From the NCBI RefSeq assembly GCF_018350175.1, contig NC_058368.1:152150001-152214000 (forward strand): DNA of 64,000 nucleotides, written 5' to 3'. Within the stretch, counting starts at the first letter, position 1; each line of letters begins with the position of its first letter. This document shows positions 24,081 to 38,550 of this stretch, piece by piece. The notes below the pieces were generated by a model. It was not told where the DNA came from and did not search any database. It saw nothing but the letters and a program-made list of their open reading frames with translations. Position numbers and translations under genes: made by a program. Source of the stretch: Felis catus. Lineage: Eukaryota.

Positions 24081-24820
24081 ATCTAATGATCTTTTTTTGA
24101 AATATAAAATGCAATAGTTTTAAATTTAATTATTTAGATAGGAAATTAACATTTCTGTCACAGACATTATTTTTAGCATGTCTCATTGGAATTTTGTAGA
24201 ACAATATTTCCTTCAAGGAAAATCAGAATACAGAATATTAAAAGCATTTTAATGAGACAAATTATGTGAGGAGAAAAATCTATATTTAAGCCACTCTTTT
24301 GTTTATCTCAATTTTTCATTAACCAGTTAAGGACATAATACTTTTTCACTCTGCTTTACCCAGCAATGCCCAAAGGGCTACCACCTGAATAATAAGAAAA
24401 CTGCTTATAAAGAGTTTAAAATGGGAATTTGTTTCTATCAAAACCCATCTCTGGCTATTTCCTAAGGGAATTTTAAGAGTTCAAGATGTCATAATCATGC
24501 ATTTCCTCGCCCTTACAAAAATATTACATGGTATACAATGAAAATCTACTCTTTTCCTCTTGCTGTTACCTCAAGAAATACCAAAAATAATTTTGTGAGG
24601 CACAGCGTTTGTCATTTTAATTCTGTTGACAACTATGTGTAGTCACGGTTTCCCCTACTGTTTGTTGAATATAACTCCAACTCTAGAATCACTTTAGAGT
24701 AGAAAGAGTAGCCTTTTTTAATATAAGGGCCAGTGTCATATTGTGAACTCCTGATAGCTTTAAAAATCTCCCTCCCATTTTAAAATGTGCTGTAAAATGA
24801 TGTTTTTAAAAACATCCACT

Positions 24821-25040
24821 GGGGGCGCCTGGTTGGCTCAGTCTGTCAGACTTCTGACTTCGGCTCAGGTCATGATTTCATGGTCTGTGAGTTCGAGCCC
24901 TGCATCAGGCTCTGTGCTGACAGCTCAGAGCCTGGAGCCTGCTTCAGATTCTGTGCCTCCCTCTGTCTCTGCCCCTCCGCTACTCTCTCTCTCTCTCAAA
25001 AATACATAAACATTAAAAATTTTAAAAATAATAATAAAAA
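24821..25040 (+). mobile_element. Can-SINE
   Basis: gggggcgcctggttggctcag head, B box, CT tract, A-rich tail. Confidence 0.92.
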
Positions 25041-28000
25041 TACACTCTTCACTAATAACAGCTATACACTAGATTTCATTAAACCACCAAAATGACTCAT
25101 CACCCAAATTCTCTACCTGAGCTAAGTTTGTCAGTTACTACCCTAATCCTTCCTTTTACTTGTAGCTTCTCTTTTTTATTTGGAACTCTTTGACATCTGT
25201 TGATATTTGTATGAATTTCCCCTAAGGTCCTAAAAAAGAAAAGGAAAAGAAAATCTAACAAACAAAATTTAATTAAACACCAGAAAACAGAATGGCTGTC
25301 AAATTATCCCATGATTACAATAGATTTATCGGGAGAAACTCTCCCTCTTACTTGCCAAAGGCTGCATGACTGACAGAATTATTGACTTGGAGCATGAAAT
25401 GAAGAACAGTTGTCAATATGGAGCATTTTTTTAACCCAGTTAATCAACAAAGTTTCTTATTTGGTCTTCGGACAGAGTAGTGCACAGTAATAATACTTGA
25501 GATTACAAAATTTGCTCTGTGTGCTGTACTGCACATGGGCCATTGCTTTTGTGCCAAAGATCTCATCACTCTCTCTGGGTTGGAGGGAGTGAGACGACTT
25601 TAAGAAGATAAAACCTAGACCTGGACTGGTCACCATGGTAATTCACATCCAGAATAACTGAAATAATGGTCTCCAGTCTTCATTTGTTTCTTATGTTCTT
25701 TTTTTTTTTTTACTGGAGTTTCTAAATTATTTTAAAATTCCAGGAAAAGCATTTGTAACAAATATAGAAGTCCTCCAAGATTTTGCTGTCCTTTAAAATA
25801 CAAGTCAAGGATCAATTATCAAAACAAACTCATCCCGTTAATCAGTTTACGAAGGTGCAAATTATTTGTTCAGAATACAATGCCAGTGAGGCTGCTTTGT
25901 TTAATAACAATTCTAACAGCAAGAATCCCTGGGGCAGGAAGCAAGTAATCAAGAATCCATCTCTGAAACTTTGAGAATGCTGGCAACAGTCTATTATAAT
26001 GCATAGTTACAGGGAGACCTTGTACAGAAAACAATACACTGAAATAGACCAGACTTGTTATGAAACAATAAACTTAAATATAGCTCAGGACCTGACACAG
26101 CTAAGTGATTTTTGCCTTCTAGGATCGAATTTAACACTCTAGGCTAAGTATTTCAAACAGATTTTTCTACTGTCCACTTCACATACTTGAATACATATAC
26201 CTTAATCACATTTGGTGGGCAATTTTAACAATGTGCATGTTCACAGAGGGTCATGACATCATTAAAACCGAACATGAATGGCTAAAGGAGCTGATGTAAA
26301 GATTGTTTAGTCAATGAAACAGACTATCTGAGCACTTCCAGTATTCACAATATACTAAAAGAGATAAAGGACACCAAAAAATTGTCTGAATACATTCCAC
26401 AAATACAGCAGCCAGCCATTCATATCCCAGTGAAATGGCAAGTGAAAACAGTCAAAGGGTTTGAGAGGAAGGAAGAGAGGCTAAACTGAAGAAATGGGTT
26501 GAGACTGAGCTTAAATATTACATAGCAAGAGAAGGAACTACAGCAGATATTGAGAAAGGTGTAGAACTGTGCACTATGTAGAATAGACAGTGGTCCACCA
26601 CTGGGACTGACAGCAAGGGTCCTTGAGAAACAATAGTGGAGGGTAAATCCAGAAAGACACATTGAGACCTCTTTGTGCAGAATACAGGGCTGGAATGCCA
26701 AACACAATTCCCCCCCCCCTTTTTTTTCAGCACAGTATCTCATGGCTTTGGGAGAATGCTGTGAGGGTTACATGACAAGTATTATTTTCCCCAACTCAGA
26801 GGTGGGGTCAGGAATGCTGGGAAGAGGTCAGGGTCACACAGAGAGTGACACAGGGAATGACAGAGAGTCCTGTTTCCCAGTCCAGCCATCTCTCAGCCAA
26901 GATACACTACAATCTCCCTGCCTCTTTCCCAGGTTCCAAACTACTGAAATGGAATGACCGTTCTGGAATGAGCTAAAATTCTGGAACCTCCCCTTATTTT
27001 TTCCTTCCTCTGTGACAAGAAAGAAAAGAGAGGAGGACTATTGAACTTTAAACTTCCTGATAAACTATAATGTGGGAAAGTGCCATTTTTAGGTTTACAT
27101 GAAGGAGTTACCTCTGAGAATGGCCCCTTGGCCTGTGAAAAACTAGAAACATCCCAGGAAGTCACTGAAATGTTGTAGCACTGTGAGAATTTGTATAAAA
27201 ATAAACACTGGATTATTTCAGGCCTACTCCCTTGAGAAAATGAACCAGAATTACTCAGAACTACTAGCCTAATCTTGACAGAACAGAGGAAATTAACAAC
27301 TGAAGCCAGATTTCTTTTTTCCCTTAAAAAAAAAAAACAACCTATTTGTGACATTTTGGAAAATGAAAAAAGAATCAGGTTAACCATGTGATTCAAATGA
27401 CCCTGAAAGTAAGATGGTTGAGTTCCCTGATGAGAAAACACAGTGTAGACCATTGCTTCTTAGAGGGGGTCGGCTGGAAGCCACAGAACCCACAGAAGTT
27501 AAGCTCATGGATTCAAAGAGGCACATAATTCAGTTCTCTGTAAACTCTATTCTCTAGAGCCTGGTAGATTTTTTAAGGTTTTGCTCAGTTCCCTATCCCC
27601 CCCCGCCCCCCGCCCTGCCGCCTCAGGAGAAATAAAGATTTAAAGGCCAAAAGAAGCACACACCACGTCACTGTGGAAGCTGCCCCCAAGTTTGACTAAA
27701 GTGCTTCCTTTCCACTGAAAAATAATTTCCCATTTCTTTCTGGTTTGAAAGAAATCTCTTTTCGGTTGCCAAATCAGTCCACAATCCAATTCATATTTGT
27801 AACAAGAATGACTAAACAGCAGCTCAGAGTCATTTATTAAAATGTTGAAGATAATCACTTCTCAGCAACACCACATTATATAGTTTAGTTCAGTCAATAC
27901 AGCAGGCACATGCTCAGTGCCTTCTAGTGCCCAGCACTGTCCCTTCAGCTGTGAAAATGTAAGTCACAAGCCTTCTGTTCAAGAAATTATTCCACTTCCA

Positions 28001-28329
28001 TACACAAACAGATCTATACACACAAATCTATAGCTCCCTGACTTGTACCTTTCTGGGGACACAGAGACAATCCAGGGACATAACATGAAGCAGAGAAGGA
28101 AAATGAAGTTAATATCACTCCCCCTTATTTCTTACAGCTAACTATGGGCCCTTATTTCTGGTGCAGAAAATTAACTCATGAAAAAAAAAAAAGATATCAC
28201 AAGAAATATCCTAAGAGAAGATGTAGCTTCAGCTAAGACTAAATTATTGGCCAGGTATTTGGGGGTTTTTATGCTTAATCACACAGGAAAATGGGAATAT
28301 AGATGGCTTTTTTCTTTCCATGCTTCAGT

Positions 28330-31100
28330 GTGTCCCTGAGAAGAGCGTGTTCCATTTTGAAATCAGGATCACTACCGTAGATAGCCCAAGTATAAGGACA
28401 CCTCTGGCCACCTCTTCCACACAAAGGAGGTAACCAAGTGCACCACTAGAAACTCTGACAATAGAAAAGGTATCTCTTACTGTCTAAGGATAGCTTGTAA
28501 AGCAATCACATCCATTTTTGGTGTGACCCACATAATGAACCAATGCATTTGATTATTTGGCGAAGGCTCCATTGATTATTTTGGCTTTTTTTCTCTTCCT
28601 TTAATTGTGTAAAGAACATCCCCAGATGAGGATGTGCTGATGAAGGGCTCTGGTGCAGACAAAGGCTGGGGAGGTCTAAGCTACCTGATCATGCAGTTTT
28701 CTTGTGCTTTCTAGTCTGCTCAGGCTCAACAACATTTATCATTTATTATGACAGTTCCACCTAACTCAAAACCGTTTGGGGCATCCAACAGAACACAGTT
28801 CATAAAAGTCTTTACCAGGATCCAGTAACATCTCAGAAGCTATTTCCCTACTGCAGATGGCACAGCCTCACTCTGGAATTGTAGGGTCTTCAATATCAAT
28901 CTCCCAATGGGCTTGCCATAAGCTGTTTACTACATCCTTTTCCACCACTGACACCTCCAGCATCCTAGTCTCCTAGAAAGTAAACCCCCAAGGGGATATT
29001 TGCTTGCCTTATAATTTTAATCAGCTGCGAAGCCGTTTCCTGTTCTAGGCCCCACATAAAGCTAAGTCTTTTGTATCATATCATATCATATGCATATGAA
29101 CTAGAACATTATTTCTAAGTATAGAATGTATCACCTTCAGAACACAAAGAGGCTTACCAAACATTATGCCTTCTTTGTGGTAGGAGATGTACGTGTCTTT
29201 AATTTTAGATGAAATATACCAGCATGCCCTTGACTACTGTATGTCTAAAAAATTACAGACATATCATGTATCTGAATTGTCAGTGGGTTTCCCATACTTT
29301 GAGGCCAATGTGCCTTACTGAGACCTCCACCATACTAATCACAACTCCCTCATTCTTTCTTATTAGCATGTTATTAATACAATATAGATCAATGTGATAC
29401 TCTATGGATGGTCTAGATGTTCCTCTGACTATATCATGACAGAGAGTGGGAGGGTTAATATATACCTGGAACAAAACTTTAAATGTTATTATTTCCCTTT
29501 CCACGTAAGTACAAATTATTTCAAATCCTCTTTTCTGACTACAGTAGAAAAGAATGAATTTGCTACCTTAAGCCTCATGCCATATACCTGAGAATATATT
29601 CATTTACTCAAGTAAAAATAGCACTTCCAACACTCAGGACTATACTTGGTTGAGCTTGTAGCAGTCTATAATCATTCTCAAAGGTCTATTCAGTTTCTGC
29701 AGGGAACAGACTTAATTAAATAGAAATATGATACAGACTACAATTCCTTCATCGTTTGACTCCTTAAGGGTGACCCCAATCTCTGTAATGCCTCCCAGAA
29801 GTCAATACCGTTTGTGATTCACTATTTTGATGGAGGGAGGAAGTAATTCCAAAAGCTTCTATTTAGTATTCTCCACCATAATAACACTTACTCCACAGTC
29901 CAAGGATTCAATTGGTGTTATTACAACCGCTGAGTATCTTGATCCTAAATTTTATATTTGGGGATTGGTTAAATGTAAACTATGTGGGATTAAAAACCTA
30001 GTCAACCTGCTTTAAAATGAACTTTGGCCAGGACTCTACTAAATATTTGGACCTTTATTCCCCTAACTCTAACAGGGACATGGCAGTCCTTCAGGTCTCC
30101 ATGTATCAATGTCAATTCAGACCCTGTGTCAAATAGCCCTGGAAATGTCTGGCATATCCCTTTCCCTATCCACAGAATCTCTTGGGGAAAGATTAGATGA
30201 GTTATTATAGTATATACCTGACATTGTATCGCCAACAGTTCCCTGAGAGATCCAGCAACCTCATCAGTCATTGGATTCTGTCTGAAATCTAACTCAAGTA
30301 CTAAAATAGGGTAAGAGAATGCAGCTTCCTTTTAGAGCAACAATCTTTGGATACCTTCTCATCACCCATTCTTGTTTTCTTTTTATAGCACATATTAAGT
30401 ATTTAACATGATAACGGTCTATTTCGACTTAGGAAAGCCATGTTCTATGAACCACAACCTTCCCTGTGGACAACTTCCTTAGCCATCCCCCTTACCCTGC
30501 CAGTTCTTAAAATAATTGTGACACCCCTGGATTTTAGTGGTTAAGCACTGCCACCTCATCCTCATTGCTGCAGAGACCCATTATTCTCATGAGCTCACAA
30601 AGATCCCAGCTCAATGACTGCCAATGAGCCATTAGCACCAGCCGACAGAGAAGAACCACCACTAAACCTCTCAGGGATGCTGATACCCCTCTCACCAATG
30701 AGTTTCTGATGGCCTTGGTGATTAGGGTGTCTGCTGGGCCCTCCTTGCAACATAATTCCCTGGTGGGTCTTTTGACCTCACATGATATATGAATTCCAGC
30801 ATGCCCACTTCCCTGAGCCCCATCATCTTCCCCAGCGATTCAGGCATTTTATTTTACTAACTATGGGCCATCACTGTCTTAAGGCTTCAAACAGCCACTC
30901 TAGCATTGAGTTTTCCTCTTCCCCAGGGGTCCTTGACCCAATGTTAAATTCCATGGAAAGACAATATACTGCAAATAAATGACAAACTCTTATTTATCCA
31001 GTTTTATGTCTTGGTCCCCTTGATCAAACATGCTCAAAATCTAATCCCATGACTCCTACCAGTACACATTAGCTCATCCTTGCAGCTCCCTCAATATGAC
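28330..31100 (-). mobile_element. Degraded ERVL (class III) internal gag-pro-pol segment
   Basis: Minus-strand peptides: gag-like LREVGMLEFIYH (~30780-30820); protease GLFDTGSELTLIHGD (ORF 30002-30271); RT-like RMIIDCYKLN (~29650-29680) and decayed YIDD region (CINNMLI, ~29360). Multiple stops and frameshifts; boundaries approximate. Confidence 0.8.
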
Positions 31101-31198
31101 TGCTATAAATATGCCCTTTACCCTGATCCTTGAATTCCCAAAGCATCTTTTATTTGCCCTCAATAGCATTAAGACCAAGCCATCAATCATACACTTAT

Positions 31199-31418
31199 TT
31201 TTTTATTAAAAATTTTTTAATGTTTATTTTTGAGAGAGAGAGAGAGAGAGCATGAGCAGTGGAGGGGCAGAGAAAGAGGGAGACACTGAATCTGAAGCAG
31301 GCTCCAGACTCTGAGCTATCAACACAGAGCCCAGTGCAGGGCTTGAACCCACAGACCATGAGATCATGACCTGAGCCAAAGCCAGATGCTTAGCCAACTG
31401 AGCCACCCAGATGCCCCT
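31199..31418 (-). mobile_element. Can-SINE
   Basis: Antisense body; TSD atcatacacttat. Confidence 0.92.
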
Positions 31419-33394
31419 ATCATACACTTATAACAAAGAAAGTGTTTAGTTTTAATTTGTCACGAAAGTGTTTAGTTTTAATTCAAAAAATTGTATCTGT
31501 TCAGATACTTTTAGAGCAGGCAGTGGATACCCCAACAGTTGTCCCTAGTTTCTGATTCCTCCTAAGTCCTAGATTCCCTCACAGTCACAAAACAGCTGCC
31601 AGTGGCCACTGGGCCTGACTGCTACTTTCTTTATGTTTAGAGTGAGAGAGAAAGGAATTTTTTTTTCTTTCCTACTAGCAGAATTAAAAACCCTGCTCTT
31701 CACTCTGATTAGGGCATTTGGCCAACATACCCACCAGTGGCATTGGACCATGCAAATAACTGGGAGCAGCTGTGGCCTGAGTGGCTTCACTTTGATTAAC
31801 TTATTAACTCCAATCATAGTACATAGGTATTTTTGCATTTTTATATTGCTTTTATTTGTGATATTTTTGTTTTGTTTTATTCTATTTTCTCAGCTATATT
31901 CCCAGTGTATAGAGTAGCACCTGGCCATAATTGGTACTCAGTAATTATTTTTTGAATGAATGAAAGGGCTGATTAGGATGCTCTTCTGAAACTGAGGATA
32001 GGGTGAATTCCTGAAGCAAACTGAGCAACTTGTTAGGAAAGGAAAATGGACACAGAGTAGCCAACCAATATAATCTGCCTTTCTATTTTGAAGCAGACTT
32101 TGAGTAAGTGATTTTTTTCTCAAGCTGTGGGCTCCACATAACTATCTCAAAAGAAGAAAAATATCATTTCAAATGATGAGTAGAACTAATCAAACAAATG
32201 TTCTTTGTCCCTATGAGTTAGTTCTGGCCCTATTTGGAAATACTTCGTTTTCTTTGTGTTAATCAAAGTTAAGATACTTTTTTTTCCTCTTTAAAATGAC
32301 TAGCACTTACAGGGCTCTGAAGGAGGTGTTGTTCTTTAAAATCATCATATACTCATATGCCTGATATTCAAAATAATCACTCTCAAGCAATATAATATCT
32401 AATGTGAGAATTCAATATCTTCTGCCATTAACAACATCATTAATAACAAATGTCTGTTTAATTACTCTTGCTAAGATTAAAAAGGCCATTATTCTTGTAA
32501 CTTGAGAAATTCATTAGCTGGAAAAGGCTGTTTAATGCCAAATGCACTCCTTAAAGATGCAGTCTTCTATATTTGAAGGTATTTCTGACATTCATGCATT
32601 TGCATTACTTTAAAAAAGCACTACCCAACTGGGCTGAAGATCATGCTGTGACAATAAGCAAGCACTGTAACATTTCAAAATCAGAAATGAAGCTACAAGA
32701 CATTTTACAATACCATACAGAGTCTGTTCTTTCGAATATTTAAATTCCACACACTGAGCCCATTATTCATCAGTCACCTCTCACTAATACTGTGCTCAAA
32801 TGAGTCTTGTACCAACACGGTGCATCCTCAGGTACAGTTAATATTCATAAGCACCTCCTCCAAAGGGACTCAGAACCATAACTTAAGATCTCTGCAAGTC
32901 AATTTTAAAGTCTGAGACTTCAAGGAATTTAGACCCATTAAATGAAAATTACAAGATGGGATTTAGAACAACATCTTTCTTAATCCACTGTTACGGCTCA
33001 ATATATTTTTAGCACAAAAACCTGCTTAACATTTAGTAAAAATTAGATCAGTGACAGTATACTCACAGAAAGCAATTCAAATTGCTTCAGTAGTAATGGT
33101 TATATACAATATGTTGTACCATTCTTTCACTTTTTTACCACAGTGAACAATAAATCAAAGTCCTAAAACAAGCTACAGTGAAGCATATCTCCTTACTTCT
33201 AGGATCTATCTACGTACTGAATTTGATTTACATTTCCTACTCATGTTTGGGTTCTGAGAGACAAGACTTAAACAACAGAGGGGTGGGAGGAATTGCAGAG
33301 TTCAAGCCAATCAAGGTGAATTACTATCTGGAAGGAAGTTGCTGTTCAGACAGTGTCTTGCAATAAAGGAATGTTTTCTCTTCTTCCTTTTCTT

Positions 33395-33700
33395 AATCTA
33401 ATAAATATAAATTGAGCACCTATTCAGTGTCAGGAATCAGGCTACCATTTATTTAGAGTTGAATAAGACATGGTGAGCTGCCATCAAGGAGCTCTTACAA
33501 CCTGATTATCAAGGTTGCTAAACTAGCTAAAGGCTAGTAGATGCAGTCCTGTTGTAGGTGCTGTGCTACACATTCATGCAGGACATAGTAGGACACAAAC
33601 AGGAAGTGAGAAGTTCTGTAGAGTCAGTAAAAGCATATGAAAAAGCATAGAAGGATTACATTTTGATGGATCTTAAAGGATAAATAGGGCTTTAGTCATT
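33395..33700 (-). mobile_element. LINE-2 relic
   Basis: aattgagcacctattcagtgtcagg...gaataagacatgg...ccatcaaggagctc motif. Confidence 0.5.
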
Positions 33701-36700
33701 TTTTTCTTACTTGCCTTTCATGTGACAGGGAAGAATAGGTGAAGGGAGAGTCTGTACTAACCTCAAATTTCATGCAATGAGTTTGATTTCTGTTCCTGCT
33801 AGACAGAGGAGCACTGTTAGTCTGATTTGTTGCTTTGTAGGTTTGTTCGTTTGTTTGTTTGTTTGTTTGTTTCCATCTGTCTGGAGAGACACTAGATCCA
33901 AAAAGCTCGTGGTTTCAGCACCATTTGCACTGCTTTTGGGGATGTTTACCTGTGAGAAAGGTAGTATCTTCCAAACTGTCTTATCAATTGTTACCTATCA
34001 TTGCTCTCTGTTGTACTGCACTGGTGCTTACAGTATAAACTTACAGGGATCTTAACCAAAAGCAACAAGCCGATTTTTCTTTATTTCTCTGCTTGAAAAT
34101 ACATGTCTACATGATGTTAAGTACCTGGGATGATTAGGTTAAGCAATGATGTTGTAACAATTTGTGATAATAGTCAAGTGAAAGAACATACCTGATTATG
34201 CAAAAAATAAGAATAGCTCATTCTAAGAAGGAAACTGTTAAAGTTAGCCATCCATGGAACAGACTGCTTTCTAATTTGCTAAATTCCCTTATATTGAAGG
34301 TAGGAAAGCCAGAATTCAAAGACATTAATTAGAGAAGTTGATAAATCTCTTCATTTTAGAAAGGTTATTTGAATTACAAGACGTGCCATCTCTAAGATTT
34401 GTATCATTCTGTAAGATATGGATTTAAACAAAAGGAACTCCTATAGCAATCATCTTTTTGGTCTTTAAAATTTTCAAGGCAGCAATATTTGTTTGTTTTC
34501 CCAAATATAAAATAAAGGTAACAAGAACAAGTACATTAATCTTGGCATGTTTTCTTACTTGGAATTTTTACCAACTTAATGCTTATGAATTTTAATGAAT
34601 ATAAGTAATGTAGGGCCAAACATAAAATACTAAGTGGCATCTTCATCTGTATTGACAACACTTTTATAAACACGCACACAGTGTTTTTAGTTGATGACAT
34701 GAATTGCTCTTTGACCCTGGCTGGAGCTTAATGTCTGAATTTAGCTATGCTATCCATTCCTGAAAGCAGTCCAAGAAATAATAGATAGAACTTTATCTGG
34801 GAAGACTCTTCAGCAGTTTGAGTTCTGGTACAGAATCAGAACAGGAGTCTACAGCCATGGAATCCCCTTGGGCATTTAAAGATTGCAAATAAACACAGTA
34901 AGTCTCTTAGGGCTGAGACACCATCCTCGTGAGAAAGGTCTGGTATCCGAGCAGTGCTCGTGGATTGGCCTGAGTCTGTCTAGGCATCACCTTGGCTCTG
35001 CTTTTGTTTTACCTTATGGTTTTATATTTGAAGTTTCTAGTGAAGGAAATCATAGATAATTTTTCACAGAATGAAAAGTTCAGAAGATACATTAAAATAA
35101 TTCAAATACACCACATGTTTTCTGGAGAATTTTTCCTTATTCTGCTTCACAACCGAAGCCCCTTGAGCTTGGTCCGTAAAGGACAAAAGGGTCTTCTCAC
35201 CAAACTTATCTGATTTCATTGTCAGAAACAGAATATTAGCCTATATGACTGGGGCTTAACTCTTAGCATGATTTTCTCATACCCATATACAAACACATGC
35301 ACATTTTAAACTGGAGTTTGCATTTCCATGGGAACTAAATAGACGTTTATAGTACAGATAAAAATGAAAAGAGAAGAGACTTTTTTCCTTCTATAAAAGA
35401 ATCATTTTTATTCTGTGAAACTCTACTGGGAAAATTTAAAAGGTAAGAGTGTAACTCCTTAAGTGGAAAAAAGCTTCAGTTTTTGCTATGAGCATTAAAA
35501 TTCACACAAAATTGATTGAAAGTCTAGCCTAGAAGAAGAAAATGTGTGTGTGTGCACGCATGTGTGTGTATACATATGCATATATATTATAAAAATAGAT
35601 AAATATGTAATGTTCCAAGTTATTTAAAAATTGTGAGGTTTTTACTTTCAAAAAATCCATGAGTATAAAACATATTGAAATATTTTACATGGAAATTAAT
35701 TTTCAGTGAAAGGGATCAAGCTTTCATTCCATGAAATAAATAACTTCACAAATAGCATAGAGTTTCTTATTTGATAAGCCATGTTGAATTTGATTCCTTG
35801 GTACATGGTTGTAAGACTTTGGAGGAAAATTTTGACTCAGGGTCACAGCTTTGTATTCAAGAGACAGTAATAGGAAAAGGATAGAATGGACTATGTGATT
35901 CCTCACACAGTTCTAACAGAAAACCTGTTAATTAGCCTCATGAAAAAAGGGTGAAATTTAGTATAAGGATAAGGGAACTTAAGAACAGAAATGCAGCTGA
36001 GCTTCAGGAAGAAGTATACTGATACCAAGGACTAAAGTGCTATACATAATTTGGGGAAGTCATCTCTCCTAATCTCCCATTAACTACATCTTTTTACCCA
36101 TATGTTTTTTCTCAGTATAAACCAATTCTCTTGGCTTCCTAAGTTATTTAAATAAAAAGTTCCTTCAAATTCTTGTTTTTATAAAAGAGAAGCCATAGTG
36201 AAGCCACAATGTATTACGTATAAGTCCATGGTCAAACATTCGGATTGAATATTTTGGGTAACATACCTAACTTTGGGCCAATAAACTTGTCAAGGTAGAT
36301 AGAAGCACATTATATGCAAATAGTTGCCTCTGCTGTTACTAGGTGGGCTGAAGGGAAATAGCAGGGTTCGGAAAAGTGGCAGGCAATAAATTTAACCATC
36401 ACCCTTGTGCAGCACACAGATTTCAAAGGCCACGTAAGTGAAAAGTACAACCAGGGAGCAATCACAGTAAGCCATGAGGAAGTTACATGACCAATTCTTT
36501 AGCTCTGGATTAAGCAGAAAGTCAAAAACCTATGCTGGAATCAGAGTATAGGGAGATAAACTATGGCAAGGAGGATTAAGCAGTTTTACAAAATTTTCTG
36601 TCAGGTACTTAAATAAACAATGGAAGGAACAGTACACATAATAAAATATACAGTGATGTCAGAATGTCACCTTGGAAAGTTCTCATAGGAAGCCTCAGAA

Positions 36701-37149
36701 TCCACACAGACTGTCTTTTAGAATTGTCCTTATTCAAGGCCCTAGTCCTTAGACTTGAAGGCTCAAACACTTAACTTTTTCAGAGCCTTAAAGCAAAGTC
36801 ATCTTTCTAAGGCAGATTCATGTTAACTCTCCCTCTAAATCAGTCATGAGACTGTTATATAAGCTCTAATACAATATAACATCACACATTCACATATAGT
36901 TGTATAGCTATACAGTGTGATATAAACTCAAATGCAGCACACCTTCACACATGCCATAATATTCATGTGAACATGACAGACACATTCTGTCTTGAAATTA
37001 AGAAACATGGAAAGCAGCATCTTAAATTTATCTTACTGACATCATTGCATGTGTTTAGATAATATGTAAAAGAGATTCTTACAGCATTATTTGTACAGCA
37101 AAACACAGGAAAATACCCAAATAAATGGCATGTTTGTTAAAGTAAACAA

Positions 37150-37370
37150 AGAAAAAGAAAAAGAGACAACAAAAAAATAGACTTTTTAATACAGAGAAAA
37201 GCTGGTGGTTATCAGAGGGGAGGTGGGTGGGGGGAGAGATGAAATAAAGGGGATTAAGAGTACACTTATTGTGATGAGTACTAGGTAATGTACAGAATTG
37301 TTGAACCATTATATGATAATTGTATACTTGAAATTAATATATGTTAATTATGCTTCAATTTAAAAAATAT
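37150..37370 (+). mobile_element. LINE-1 3' UTR fragment (carnivore L1)
   Basis: agactttttaatacagagaaaagctggtggttatcagaggggagg...tatgttaattatgcttcaatt followed by A tail. Confidence 0.75.
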
Positions 37371-37496
37371 GACACACATAAACACAAAAGTAAATGGAAA
37401 ACTACACAACCATTTATGATATGACTTAAATTTCAAATCAAAAGCTCTCTCTTTTTTAAGTATATACAGTATTGCCTTTTAAAAAGGACACATTGG

Positions 37497-37735
37497 AGGG
37501 CGCCTGGGTGGCTCTGTCGGTTAAGCATCTGACTTTGGCTCAGGTCATGATCTCACAGTTTGTGAGTTCGAGTCCTGTGTCGGGCTCTGTGCTGACAGCT
37601 CAGAGCCTGGAGCCTGCTTCAGATTCTGTCTCTGTCTCTCTCTGCCCTTCCGCCGCTTGTGCTCTCTCTCGCTCTCTCTCTCTCTCTCTCAAGAATGAAT
37701 AAACATTAAAATTTTTTTGAAAATAAAATAAAAAT
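37497..37735 (+). mobile_element. Can-SINE
   Basis: Typical body; TSD-like aaaaggacacat on both sides. Confidence 0.93.
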
Positions 37736-38123
37736 TAAAAGGACACATGAAAAATAAAATCATGATCAGAATACCAAATTAATTTACAGTGAGAAATACA
37801 TTTACTTCAGCAATCAGAATTCTCTTGTCCAGATAACCAATTTTCTTTTTAAAGCAGACCTATATGGAAGACCAAATAATAATCAAATACCTGTTCAATA
37901 ACCATGGAATTAGAAGAGGATTTAGTTAGCTAAATCAATGCTTAATGGCATCAGGACAAGAGAGTATATGTCTCCATTTGTAGATAATAGAAACATCTTT
38001 TTATTAGGTTTGGAGTACATGAAGGTTGTTGTTAGGTACAACTCATTGCAGTCTTTTCCTCAGAAGTTATGATTTAGCAAATGGGACCACACATCACCAA
38101 AGCCCTTTAGCTAAAACATGCTT

Positions 38124-38338
38124 GGGGCGCCTGGGTGGTGCAGTCGGTTAAGTGTCCGACTTCAGCCAGGTCACGATCTCGCGGTCCGTGAGTTCGAGCC
38201 CCGCGTCAGGCTCTGGGCTGATGGCTCAGAGCCTGGAGCCTGTTTCTGATTCTGTGTCTCCCTCTCTCTCTGCCGCTCCCCTGTTCATGCTCTGTCTCTC
38301 TCTGTCCCAAAAATAAATAAACATTGAAAAAAAAAATT
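38124..38338 (+). mobile_element. Young Can-SINE (SINEC_Fc type)
   Basis: ccaggtcacgatctcgcggtccgtgagttcgag, mostly CpG-intact; perfect TSD taaaacatgctt. Confidence 0.95.
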
Positions 38339-38550
38339 TAAAACATGCTTCCCTCCCTTGGAAAAGCTGCATGGACACATCCAAAGTTTACCTCTGTGAC
38401 TTTTCTTTCTCTAAACTCCATGACCCAATATTCTTTATTGTTAGATAAATTTTTCAATATCTTCATTCAGAATAAAATTTCCTAGATGTATCTTTAAAGC
38501 AACTTAACATTTCCCAGTTCTGATGCACTTATATAAAAATTTTAGTTTAT

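Noticed and set aside
26941..27453. Longest ORF in the track (170 aa, minus strand)
   Set aside because: Rich in Phe, Ser and Leu, crosses a T homopolymer, has no recognisable domain and no convincing splice frame; consistent with chance
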